DNA from: Malacoraja senta
Taxonomy: Eukaryota
Direction: 5' to 3'
NCBI GenBank assembly: GCA_038087875.1
Contig: CM075982.1
Span: forward strand, 25,358,001-25,422,000
DNA: 64,000 nt
Shown: one piece after another, positions 49,880-62,174 of the stretch
How positions within the stretch are numbered: position 1 is the first letter of the stretch
Layout: every line of letters begins with the position of its first letter
The notes under the pieces: model-generated
What the model saw: the letters and a program-made list of their open reading frames with translations, nothing else
Database searches by the model: none
Told to the model about the DNA's origin: nothing
Made by a program: the position numbers and the translations under genes

Positions 49880-52200
49880 GTTTGTATCTTACAGTTTTAT
49901 TAACAAAAGTGCAGAAATGTGATCATGTAAACACAATGGAGACAGTATTTAAAATGCAACAGTGAATACACATTACAAATAAAGCACAACAATTCTAACT
50001 GTACTTCACAGTACAAGGTACATCACATTTAGACAGGATGTTGACATGCTCAGGAGAAGCTGTGTCCACAATGAAAGTTCAGTACTACCAAATCAGTACT
50101 TTACTTTCTAATACATGGATAGACTGCCTGCAGTGGTTTAACAGACTTGATGATAGAATTCCAAGTTCCATCAAATGGGGAGCATCCTCAAAGCACAGCA
50201 TTGAAGAAATTCACAAAACCTAATATATTCTAAAAGTACTCTTTAAAGCAAAAGAAAAAAGCTTGGCGAAGTTATATACATTGCAGGCACATAATAGTTG
50301 TGGGGGAAGCAGGAGAAAGGTGGACAGGGCTGTTGAATTGCAGAAAAGGGTAGCGCTGCTAGAGGAAGCTAATCACTGGTTACCCACACACTGCCTTTCA
50401 ACAAAGAAAGGCTTGCAAAATACCGAAAAACCAAAGCAAGAACATTAAAAACACACCAGACCAGTAAGTAGAGATGAAAGGAAAGGGTCCCACAAAGAAT
50501 CGTCTTTTGTTTTGTACACGTTGACCAACCTAATAGAAAAGGTTGGAAAGACTAGTTTCTTGTATCAGCACCCAATCAATATTGAATGTTTGACGTGACA
50601 ATACAATTAAAGACTGGTCTGCAGCAGAGATGTTGTCAATTATGAATTTAAAGAGGCCTACAAATTCTCCCAACTCAAAAATAAACCACAATCACAGAAG
50701 TTATAAGTGCTGTTTATATAAAGGATTTTGGATGGGAGCATCAAGCAGACCGGTAAGTAAAACCTGGGCAGGCATTTGCTGCTGATCGAAAGCCATGAGC
50801 TCTTAACTTTACTAATTGATTCAAATTTGGGGAATACTCAAAGGAAGGTATTGTTTGGCACTACTGGGGTGAATTTGCAAAAGGAAACCTGCAAAATCAT
50901 GGGACCGACTGCACAAAAATTATTTGACAGAGTAAGTTAAAATAATGGTTCACAAAAAGCTGCTCAAAAGCAGAAGTTGAATAAATAAAAATGGTACTTA
51001 ATCTGGAAATAAATAATTTTATTGGGATGTTTTGCTTCAATCTTGTGCCAGAAATTATAACTGAAACAATCAAGTGTAAAATTGACCAAATTAACAAGTG
51101 CACCTGCAAAACATACCCAACTTCGGTACAGTCTGCTCATTTTTTGAGGACATCAGTTTACTTGATGTTATAACACTACAGAGCAGTAGGCCACGGTTTC
51201 CCTACTGGGCTTCACTCCACACAAATGATGAAAGTGGCGAACTAGAAGCCGGAAGTTTGAAATGAAAATATGTACAAAGCACACCACCATGCATCATCAC
51301 AAACAATCTATTAATTTCATGTTAATGTTGAAGACAAGGCAGCAAACGAACTTGCCCACTGAACTCATATTCACTCTGTGCAGCTTTAGTGGGGTCAATG
51401 GGGCAGGACTTAAATACACCATTTAGTTCATGTTATAGCAATCGTACAACGTCACTCGTGCTCAAATAACCTTGATAAAATACATATTAGGTCAAGGCCA
51501 GAAAGCAAAGATTTGACATGCATAGATTAGATGGACTACTTTGGAGCATTTATTCAACTATTGCGTCCACCAAGTTTGAAGAATGAAATCCAGGGGCAGG
51601 GATAATACATAACACCTTACTGTACACACGTCTAACCATGAATCTAATACAATCCGAGTTACAGCGCACACAAAATGTAGACTCAGCTTTTACCAACCAA
51701 TAATCCCACTTATTGTTTTGTTAGTCTGCTACAGTCGATCAGTCCAATGACACAGGGCACAAAATGATCAGTAGTAAAACACCATGGCCATAACAAGCAA
51801 GTTTTCCTCTTGGGTACACAAGAGCAAGGCTTGCCGATTACCCTTTGGCAAATTCACAATCTCAGCTACTACTCACAACCGCTACCGACCCACCATTCAC
51901 TCATCTATCCCAGCTCAGCCTGGCCATGTGCCAACATGGATCATTGCTCAGCTTCTACAAAACAGGGGCAATTTAGAAGAGGGCAGGGTCTGTACATATG
52001 TTTGTGTCAATGGCTCTGGGAGATAGGCACAAAAGCACAGATTGAAGAGGACGTGACCTATAACAACTTGGTTCTCAAAAAACAAACCAAAGCTTCATGA
52101 AATGTAACTCGCAAGTTGCTTGAAAAAGGTTTCAGAAGGAATGTTAGGGCAGAACTGCTGACTGCAGCCATGCAAAACCTCAAGGCTGAAAATGAATCAT
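49880..52200 (-). other. TRIM37: Candidate TRIM37 distal terminal exon / 3' UTR
   Basis: Minus-strand acceptor tcttctttag|ATGA at 52200. About 2.3 kb that is repeat-free and U-rich on the minus strand, ending at a minus-strand AATAAA (49896-49901). Confidence 0.5.
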
Positions 52201-52699
52201 CTAAAGAAGATATCATTAAAGCCAGGATGGGCTACACAGAAGAGGTTTCTAAATGTATAACCAAATACTGGGTGATGTGATTAACTTTGCCCCATTGAAG
52301 AAAATAAAAGTCAGTGCAATGTTTACTGGGATCAGCACACAGCTGGTATAGTAGTGTATGAGTGACAGACGAGCATCAGTTTCACATAGGACGTTACAGG
52401 TTATTTCCTTTAACCTACTATTAAAGATGGAAAAATCTTTAGCAGGTCCCCATTCTCTTCCCACGTCTCCGCTGCAATTTGGATACAAAATATTTTCCAA
52501 GGTCCTTATGATCTGTGGAGAAAAAGAACAAACATCTCTCATGGAACATTTAGTGGTTGGATTAAGTAGCCCACTCTACTTCCTGCCCCATTGAAAGGGC
52601 TGTCACCACAGCTGTACAGTAATTGTCACTACATGTGCCCAATCCGTCACAAGTACTGATCTCCCCACCAGCAAAAGGGATCTGACTCAAAAAGGAAAT

Positions 52700-53225
52700 C
52701 AGTATCAGAGACCCATACCACCCTCTCATTTCACTTCTACCATTGGGAAGAAGGTATAAGAGCATGAAAACCGACCAGCAGGTTCAGGAATAACTTCTCA
52801 ACAACCATTGGGCTCACCCAGAGTTGTAAATCCGTGGAATTCTCTGCCTCAGAATGCAGTGGAGGCCAATTCTCTGGATGCCTTCAAGAGAGAGTTAGAT
52901 AGAGCTCTTAAAGATAGCGGAGTCAAGGGATATGGGGAGAAGGCAGGAACGGGGTACTGATTGTGGATGATCAGCTATGATCACAGTGAATGGCGGTGCT
53001 GGCTCGAAGGGTCGAATGGCCTACTCCTGCACCTATTGTCTATTAAACACTACATACACTATAATCTGTGGGTGCACTAAGGACTTTGGAGTTTTGGGGT
53101 TATTAATTTATTGAATTTTTGCTTATTATATATTACTTATGTGTATTGCGTGTACAGGCCTGTTGTGCTACTGCAAGAACTTCATTGTTCAGTTGTCGGC
53201 ACATATCGCAATAAACACTTGACAA
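52700..53225 (+). mobile_element. Rex1/Babar 3' end with a young CR1 3' end inserted (~52815-53043)
   Basis: LLPLGRRYKSMKT remnant. The CR1 tail ends cctactcctgcacctattgtctatt. Confidence 0.65.
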
Positions 53226-56200
53226 TTCAACCCCCACTTCTGTTCCCCCTCTGCAAAGCAGCGCTGAGCCTCCACGGTTGCTTTACTGCTGCAGATCCCC
53301 AGGTCATGCCCTTGAACATTAAGCAAATGTTACGAATCACCAAGCATTTACCCCAAAATTGAACACCAAAAGAGCCAAATGCAGCAGGTCACAAACTAAT
53401 GTTCACTGAATTGCCTCTTTTTTTAATGTAATAAATAACATTGTCCAAGTTTACACACACTTTGGGCCAGATACAATAGTGTGAAACATCCATGGAACAG
53501 GATCTCAGCAAGTACAGAGTTTCTTCAGAGGTGGGACGTGCAAATCAGCTTTCACATTTGCCTACATTAATACTGAATGTACTGTCCAAACAATAGACTG
53601 CAAAATAATTTGCATTTATAAAGTGAATCCCCCACAGGAGTGTATTCAGAATAAAATGGCCATTGAGCTAAGAGAAAAACAAAACTTGTTTTAGGTTACA
53701 GTCATTTGACCTTCCGGGTCCATGCCAGATCCCAGTGGAGTAGTTTTCTTGTAGCACCTTTCACAACCTTAACACATTATACAGCCTTTGAAGTATTTCT
53801 GAAGGATAGCCACTGATGTAATCTTGGAGAGAGAGAGGTAGATTTCAAGGAACCTTACAGAGACAGATGTTGTTATATGGGGATCTTGTGGGATAAACTC
53901 AAAGTATGTTAAAACTGGTATGAAGGAGATCAGGTCAGAGATGACGAAAATTTTTTAGAGGATGGAAGGCTAGCAGTAAATTACAGGGAAAATGAATGGG
54001 AATGAGAATTTTATAAACATTGACATTAGCAGAATGGGATTCACTATAGGCCAATAAATAAAGGGATGGCACGAGTAGGATTTGGCGAGTTATGATAAAC
54101 GGCAGCAGAGTTACATGACTTCAGGCCAGACCCCAAGGCCAATGTTAGAGGCACTGATGAGGGTTTCAGCATCAGATACAAGGAGCAGGGATACAGCTGG
54201 GTTATATCACTGGATAGGTAATTGAAGCCCAGATCCTGCTCAAATAGGAGAGCATGGTTGTGAACCAATTTGATCTAGTTTGGTTGGAGCAGCATGAAAA
54301 GTGTGTGGCAGAGGCTTTAATTTGTGTGTAAATGAAGGAGATTTTGAAACATTCAAAACCAAGGTTGACAAATAAAAGCCTCAAGAAACTGCAGATGCTG
54401 GAATCTTGTGGGTCAGGAATCTGTGGAGTGTCTGGACAGGCTATGCTTCAGGTTGGGGCTCAAGTCTGGGACAATTATCAGCAAACATGTGGAGCATGAG
54501 GAGTTTTCTGATGATGCTGCCAAAGAGGAAGCATGTTGATGGGAAATGAGAAAGCAGCAATGCTAGGGCCTGGGCAGATACTGCAGGAGTGGGAAAGGAA
54601 CCATTGCTGAAGATTCACTGGCAATGAACAACTAGATAAGAACGAGAGCAGTTCTGAAGAAAGCTTTACACTCAAAATGTTTCTCCCTCTACAGATGCTG
54701 CCTGACTTGCTGAGTATATTCTATTTTCATTTCAGATAAGATAGAGCTTGTATGGACAGTACAAACGCAAGCTGGAAGATGAGCTGCATGTCAGGAGAAC
54801 AATGTCAAGTCGAGAGGCAATGAGAGCATGGGCTCACACAGTGCCACTCAGCTGGAAGACATTGATCCAACTAACAGAAAAGTAGGGAACAGGGAAAATT
54901 ATACGCCTCCATCATATTTGCAGGTAGATTATGCTATTTGGATGAGGGCCATTTCCATACCGTAGCTGGGTAAAAACTATACTGAAGTGATTTAAACCCA
55001 CCATTGTAAGAAATATTGGTCAATTTAGGAGGCTACAACAAATTCAAGGCTGTTGTTTGAGGAAGAGGATGGAAAGGGCAGATACCAAAGTGGGAGCCAC
55101 AGGGAAACAGAATAGGGAACCACAAACATCAGCTAGCATGGGGGAATTTTCATTGGTGGCAGACTACAGGAAAGGTTGGCAGGTGATCAATAGTTTTGTG
55201 ACAAAAGAAAGTGGGATCTCACCCGATAGGTGAAAAATCTCAAACTTGGTGACTGATGCTCATGAGATTTTCCCATTTCGGAGTTGAGGATGCAAGGGAA
55301 GGGTGTAAAAGGACTACATACAGGGACAAAAAAAGATGGTTATCTTTTCACCATTTCAAGGTTATGATGGATTGTGTGTAATTGTTTAGCTTGAGTGCAA
55401 GAACGTGTTTGGAAAGACCTGGCTATGCAACACAAGTGCTTGAATGCGAGTTTGTTGGTGTTAAAAAGCATTATTATGGGGTATTTACCAAGGGCAACAA
55501 CTGGTAAAGGAGAGCTTAAGGATTTGACTGAAGACAAGACAAAGCACAAGGCCAAAAGTCACATCATTCGAACTACAAGCAGTGCGCTGCATTTGAAAGT
55601 GCTATCAAAGTGTCTTGAAGGAGCAGTTTTCTCCACTTTTTAAATGCATTTCTAAATGTTACAAAAACATCACAAAATCTTTTTTCAGCATGTTGGATGG
55701 TGTTGGGCAGTACAGGAGCTTAAAATAATCATGAGGAGCTGTCACTTACCGCTCCATTTTTTCTCCAATGACAAAATTGGCACTTTCAGAAATACCCAAG
55801 TCACCTGGTTAAAGAAAAAAAATCTCAATTTTCTTCCGGAGACACAAACTTCACTATTCATCAGGCAGGTAGATAGAGAGGAAAGTGGGTCATGAGCACT
55901 CCTGTAGCTCGAAAAGGTCAGCACAACTTGGAGGCACATCCCATGGGGGCAAGGACACAGCCAGAGACACTCACTGCTCACACAGTAGCAGCAGCCTCTG
56001 TTCCCACTTTTTTACATTTACACAAAATGCTGAATTGGTCAGCAGAAAATATTAAATCCCCCTCCTGTTTCAATCAACCTTTTACTTCTGTACAGCTGTC
56101 AAGTAACCAGGACAGCAGCTTCCCAGCAAATTGTGCAAAATGACTCCAGTAAATCCACCTTTTATAACATCTTCCCATGCTAAGCAGAGCTGCTGCAGGT

Positions 56201-56868
56201 CTGTTGGGAAGCAGTTTGCATGTTTAACGAAAGATCAGGATAACAATCACTCCCCTCCCATCAGCCTGAGAGCACCAATTGATTAGGATTTTCATGTATC
56301 AAAGTAGCTTCTGCATCAGTATTGACCAACGCCTTTTCCCTCTGTACATTTCCTCCTCTACCAGAAGGTCAACCAGTAATGCTTTCTCAGATAATACACT
56401 GGTGATGGGGGTTGCTTACACTTGAGCCTTGGAGCACCATACCCATCCCTAGTCTAAAGGAACAGGCACTCTACAATGGATCAAGCTCTTTCAGATCGGG
56501 GTAGAGCTGGACCACAGGGACGTGCAGAGGGCTTCACTGCCTCCTCTTCCTATCTTGCTTTTTCTGACTGTGTGGCCTGTCCCACAATGATGATTCCAAA
56601 GTGGATAAAAGACCACAGTCAGAAGGCAAGCCTCTGTTTTTACTGATTTGCCCTAATTTTCCTTTTATTTTCAGACTTGCTTTGCCCAGATTTATCTTGG
56701 CTGTTTTAATCTTCCATCTAGTAAGCATGGTCGAACCTACTCTGGCCTTTTGATGGCCATTCCTTCAGTTAAGGCAGAGCAGGACACTAGCCTCCAGGAT
56801 CTTCCAACACTTTATATCCTACTGCGGACATTCTCTCAGCACGGTGGGGTGTGCTGGTCGATGAGGTG

Positions 56869-56936
56869 TCAGTCAAGTGAACTGCTTAATCCTGATCGTG
56901 TTTGACCTTTTTGAATATTGCTGGAGCTGCACTCAT
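56869..56936 (-). CDS. TRIM37: Candidate TRIM37 last coding exon
   Basis: Acceptor ctgtttttccag. Phase-1 join gives DECSSSNIQKGQTRSGLSSSLD*. Length is similar to the recalled human tail, but sequence similarity is weak. Confidence 0.5.
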
Positions 56937-58208
56937 CTGGAAAAACAGTATTCTATTGCACAGAAGGTGGTTAGGTGTTTTGGAAGACAGCATTCTGAAG
57001 ATACACCACTCTGCATGAAGATGTTTTTCCTGCTCATCCTAACCAATCTACTCATTATTTTGATACCATGGCTCCCTATTTATTAGGTCTTCAGTCATGC
57101 ATTAGGAAGCATCCTGCCTTTATCTCTCTTGTTGAGCCTTTTAACAATTCTGTATGTTTTAGCAATACTACCATGCATTTTTCCAAGCTCTGACAAATTG
57201 AGGTCTAGCCTCCTCAGTCGATAAGCCCACCATTTTAGGTAACTAAGCTAGTGAATCTATGCAACACTCTCTCTGTAGCAAATATATTTTCTAAGCAGAG
57301 GTCAGAGCTGAATGTAATCTACCACTGCATCTTATTTTCTGAATAACTAGAAAAATTGATGTGGATATGACGATCATGGCACATTCTGTCCTTATTACAG
57401 GGTATTGAACTTTGTTTTCAATCATATCCTGGAGACAAGATTACCAATCTCCAACTATTTTCATTTATGCCAAGTAATTATTCCAACTACCCACCCCCAC
57501 CCTCCACTCCATCCCACCCTCCCTCCAATTCCCACTGACTTCAATTTTACCAAGACACTTTGCCATCAAACTTGGACAGCAATTCGCAGCTTGCTACTGG
57601 AATCCACCTTTCTGGTCCCTGGATAAATTGAGCCATCTTGGCAAAACCCAAACAATAGCATTAGAGAGCAATTTATTAGCAAGTGCACCCTGACATCAAT
57701 GTTAACATCCATCACTTTACTGACGGAGAGGAAAGAAGCAAGCTGGACTTGATTTATTCTGCTTTTATGTGGAGTGATTCACCTCGACAATTTTCTAGAT
57801 TGTTGCACAAATTTCAGTGTTGTAATTAAACTGTACCAGTATGGCTAGAGACTTGGCTCCAGAGAGCAAAGCTTTGAAACTAGACAAAATGGTAGGTCAC
57901 AGATCAGAGTCATACAGCACAGAAACAGGCCTGTCGGCCCAACTCATCGATGCCTACCAAGATGTCTAAACCCATGTTCCTCTTAACATTATCCATCCAT
58001 GTACCCAAATGCTTATTAAACATTGCTCTACTTCAGCTTCCTCTGGTAGCTCATTCCATCTATACACCGCCCCATGTGAAAAGGTTACCCTTAAGGTTCT
58101 TTTTAAATCTCTCCCCTCTCACCTTAAATCTATGACCTATAATTTGTAGACGTTGGGTCACTTAGTTTTGTCGCTTGGTTCATATGGAGACCCAAGTTGC
58201 AATTTTAA

Positions 58209-58770
58209 AGATACAAGGGACTGCAGATGCTGGAATCTTGAGTAAAATAGAGTTCTGGACGAACTCGGAATCAGGCAGAAATGTCTGTATCCATCCATAG
58301 ATGCTGCCTGACCTACAGAGTTCCTTCAGCACTTTTTTTTGTTGCTCATTTTGCAGATTCAGGCAGTCACCACACCTCCTTTTAAAGAGTGATGCTCTAT
58401 TTTCATTGATATGTCTGTCTTAATATGGGAAAAAAATTGCTGCACACGGCCCTGTTGTTAACCATTGAAAGGCAATTAGAAATCCACAGTGAAAATTAAT
58501 CAAGTTCAATCCAGTGCAGAAGCCTCCGAGCAGCTTGGGTCACACTCCCACAATACTATAACCTATCTGTTCTCATTACTGCCACCAACTGACCTTCGTG
58601 CACATTCAAAATGTAGAAACAAGGAACCACAGATGCTGGCTTACGCAAAAGGACATAAAGTGCTTGAGCAACTCAGCAGGTCAGGCAGCATCTCTGGAGA
58701 CAAACTGCTGCAGTAGCTCAGCAGGTCCAGAGATGTTGCCTGACCCACCGAGTTACAGCACTTTGTGCAA
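58209..58770. mobile_element. Two Penelope-like foldback remnants (58209-58347 and 58612-58770)
   Basis: Family tail in both orientations (tcaggcagcatctctgga ... tccagagatgttgcctga). Confidence 0.7.
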
Positions 58771-58947
58771 TATTTCGTGCATTAATCCCACTTTCTTGCT
58801 CGTGCACACAACCAGAGCGAGCCATATTCCCAATTATTTCAATGTGCAAACTTAAAAAGATAATTGAAGGGTAATTAAAATAGATTATTGACTGTGTCCT
58901 CTCCAGAATGAAAATCAAGATTCCAGTGTGTAACTTTGCTTCCATAC

Positions 58948-59091
58948 CTTCAGAGCTCTGAACTGCAGCATTATGAGTCACCACCTCTGTGGATATGCTT
59001 TCTTCCTGCTCATTCTCAGTATCACATTCGCTCTCACTATCAGTACTCATTCCAGGTAATAAACGAAGGATTGTCTTCTGAAGTGACACAG
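58948..59091 (-). CDS. TRIM37: TRIM37 penultimate coding exon
   Basis: Strong acceptor (T-run then cccccag), donor gtatgg. 144 nt, phase 1 to 1. Encodes AVSLQKTILRLLPGMSTDSESECDTENEQEES..., matching recalled human GMSSDSDIECDTENEEQEE. Confidence 0.88.
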
Positions 59092-60781
59092 CTGGGGGAA
59101 AAAAAAACAACGTTATGCATCGAGACTTCCCACCTGTGCAAAAGCAAGAGTCACCAAATACATAGATAATCAGGTACTAATTAAACTTTTGATTGTTGGT
59201 GTTAATAAACTCACAATTAGCTTACAGCTGTACAATGTACACATAAGCTGAAGCATCTGTAAGAAATGTTGTATGACAATAATGTGAATCAGATATCAGA
59301 GTAAATTAACAGCAAGACTCATAGTTTACATCCTCAAAATTTGACACGGTTACTCCAAAACAATTACATATCAACACAAGGTAGTTGAACCAACGGGTGC
59401 TCCACCTGCAGCGTTACATGACTTATAATCAGCTTATAGCTACAAATTATCTTCTGTCACATGGTAATGATTAATGATTAATGATGGCAATAATTAATAT
59501 GAATTACTATCATATTAATCAACTGAAGTTTTTTTTCACGTTACTTTTTGATGCATTGTCATTGAACATCGATATATCTATGAAAATTCTGACAGAATAT
59601 AGTAAACACCAGTTTCCCTGCATTAAGGTTATGTTCAAGAGGCCATGCTTAGTTGACAATTCATGGGAATTTATTGCCCAATCTGTGCGCAATATTAACA
59701 TAGTACAAGAACAAAAAAGCTACATTTTTATTTCCTGTAACATGTACAACATGAGCAATTTGCTTAATGCAATCAGCCTGAAGTGCCGGTGGAACTACTT
59801 GAACGGTTGCAAATTTCAAGGTGACATTTCCATATCCATTATGTTTGTGTTCTCCCTGCACAGGACAAGATGTTTTGGACATTTCAACCATGCTAATCTG
59901 AATGAGCAGTTGTTTACACCAGCATTGTTGTTTAATCAAACCCAGAGGACCAATGTGTAATAAATATGTCAAACCTTGGGACATATGGTGTGATGCATAG
60001 AGTTTTGGAAGAGGCATGTACAACCTAGCACTGATGGTGTTCAAAAGAGGCAATGGTGTGATTAGTGCAGGGTAAGTGTTTATGTTGAGTTAATTTCGCT
60101 TCCATACACTGTTACCTTCCAAGACAGCTTTTCTTCTGCACATCAATTTGCAAAGTAACTTTTAAATGGTTCTCGATTTCCTGACAGAAATTGTGTTATA
60201 ACGAATTTGCCCTAATACGAAGTGTTCCCCAATTTAGTCGTCTTACATCCAATTTGTGTAACATAGCAGAACTACCAGTATTTTAAAGAGGAACCTGGAT
60301 AACTGCTGGTCAGTCGGTCAAGAGGATTACAAGTTGCTTCAGGAAGGAGAAAACAGAATTAAAACATAGGATTTATGGGCATTTTCTCAGATTAAAAATT
60401 AAAATGGGTAGCTGATTCCCTTAAAAGTTCTGTTCTGGAAATGCTTCTGTTGAATGTGCGTTGTGAAGTGGACATGGAGCCTTGGGCAATAGCACACAAA
60501 TGTACAGACAATTCTGAAATAGAAGTCAGGGAATAATTTAAGACAAAAAGGAAGAGGAATGGGTAAAATTGTGTCAGATGCATTTCCATGTCAGAGCTTG
60601 AGGTTGCAACTCAGAAAATAATAAAAGCAATAAATATACTTGGAATGGAGGAAAGCTGCATGTTGCAAGGCTGTAGGGATTTACAGGCTCAGAGTCATAA
60701 TATCTTAAAAGCATTATCTGAATAGCCATTTAAACAGCCAAAAGAATTGACATTCTATAACAATAGGCCCTGAACATTGAA

Positions 60782-60935
60782 TGTTTAGGAAGGAACTGTA
60801 GATGATAGACACAAAATGCTGGAGTACTGCAGCAAGACAGGCAGCATCTCTGGATAGTAGAAATTGATAGAAGGAAAGTCACCCATTCCTTCTATCCAGA
60901 GATGCTGTCTGTCCCACTGAGATACTCCAGCATTT
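60782..60935. mobile_element. Penelope-like foldback pair
   Basis: aaatgctggagta...gacaggcagcatctctggatag paired with ctatccagagatgctgtctgtc...tactccagcattt. Confidence 0.75.
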
Positions 60936-61144
60936 AGCTCAGCAAAATAAAGCGTCATGATGACACTATGTGTAGATTGAGATCTAGTTGCACCTCACGA
61001 TGGAATGCTTGCAAAATTGCCCTTAAGACGCTTCCTGTTACATTGTGCAAGGAACACTGCTGCTTGGCCTGACTTCCACAAAGTCTGATGTTAAAAGGAC
61101 AAGCTCCTTGACATTTCCTCAATAATTTCCCAGTGAGACTTTAC

Positions 61145-61260
61145 CTTCTTCTGGCCTGGTTGAGGCACACTCAAGAGTTGAAGCCTGCATTGCCAAAGCG
61201 ATTGCACTCTCCGTGTCGGAATGTTGCTGTCTATCCGTGAAAGAGCACTGGGACATTGAT
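61145..61260 (-). CDS. TRIM37: TRIM37 internal coding exon near the C-terminus
   Basis: Minus strand gttccag / gtaaag. 116 nt, phase 2 to 1. Encodes SMSQCSFTDRQQHSDTESAIALAMQASTLECASTRPEE, compare recalled human ...EGASAAPEE|G. Tail-to-tail PPM1E-TRIM37 synteny is known in vertebrates. Confidence 0.75.
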
Positions 61261-62174
61261 CTGGAACCACATAATCATAGGGAAGGTTAATAAAATAGCT
61301 TTTAAACCAATCAGTAGCAATTTCACTCCAAAACTAGTCTTGTTGGGAAAATACTACTTTTGTGCATACCATACAAGATCCTACTACAGGAGCATGATAA
61401 AGAGTTCTATCGAATCTCATGTTGACCACCAGTAAAATAACAGCAGCAGAAACGGAGAGCACAACCTGCCCCCTCCATGTTGCACAGAAGCATTGATATC
61501 TCACAGAAAAGGCCCGACCTTTGAGCACCAACCTTTGAGCACCCATTTTTACACTAATCTTATCATGACCCATTTTATTCTCCCTATATTCCCATAAAAT
61601 TCTACCATGTCATCTAACACGAAGGGTAATTTGCAGTGATCAATTAACCTACCAACTCACAAATTTGTTTTTGGAGATGTGGGAGGAAACCAGAGTGCCT
61701 CGAAGAAATCCACACAATCACATTGAGAATGTGCAAACTACACAGACAGCCTTGAAAGTCAGGATCAAACTCAAGTCACTACCCCTTCATTGTCAGTGGA
61801 TCCAAGTCCTGTCATTCATTTGCCAGTAGTATTATTGGAGGACCTTCACTAAGATGGCAGCATTGCATGAAGATAGTTCACCACCATCATGAGGACAATT
61901 ACAAATGGATGTAAAAGTTTTCCTATACACGAATGACAAAAGGGCTAGGAATGGTAGGCAATTTAAATGACATTTACACTCACACACAATTCATTGCAAA
62001 TTAAACATCATCTTGGCTCAATTGATAATATTTGCTGAACTATCCAGATTGAATGGTCCTTTATGGTCAGCTGCAGCTTGGACTAAAATGACACCAAACC
62101 TGGCAACTCCTGCATGGGCTATTTCTATACACGTTGCACTTAATCTGGGATTGTATTTATGTACAATAGTAATT

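Noticed and set aside
56534-56728. Lys-rich 64-aa minus ORF downstream of the candidate TRIM37 stop
   Set aside because: No convincing in-frame acceptor and no similarity to TRIM37. Probably UTR or intron.
59481-60053. Overlapping 159-aa (+) and 130-aa (-) ORFs in a TRIM37 intron
   Set aside because: I found no transposase, RT or TRIM37 motifs. The flanking exons already join in frame without them.
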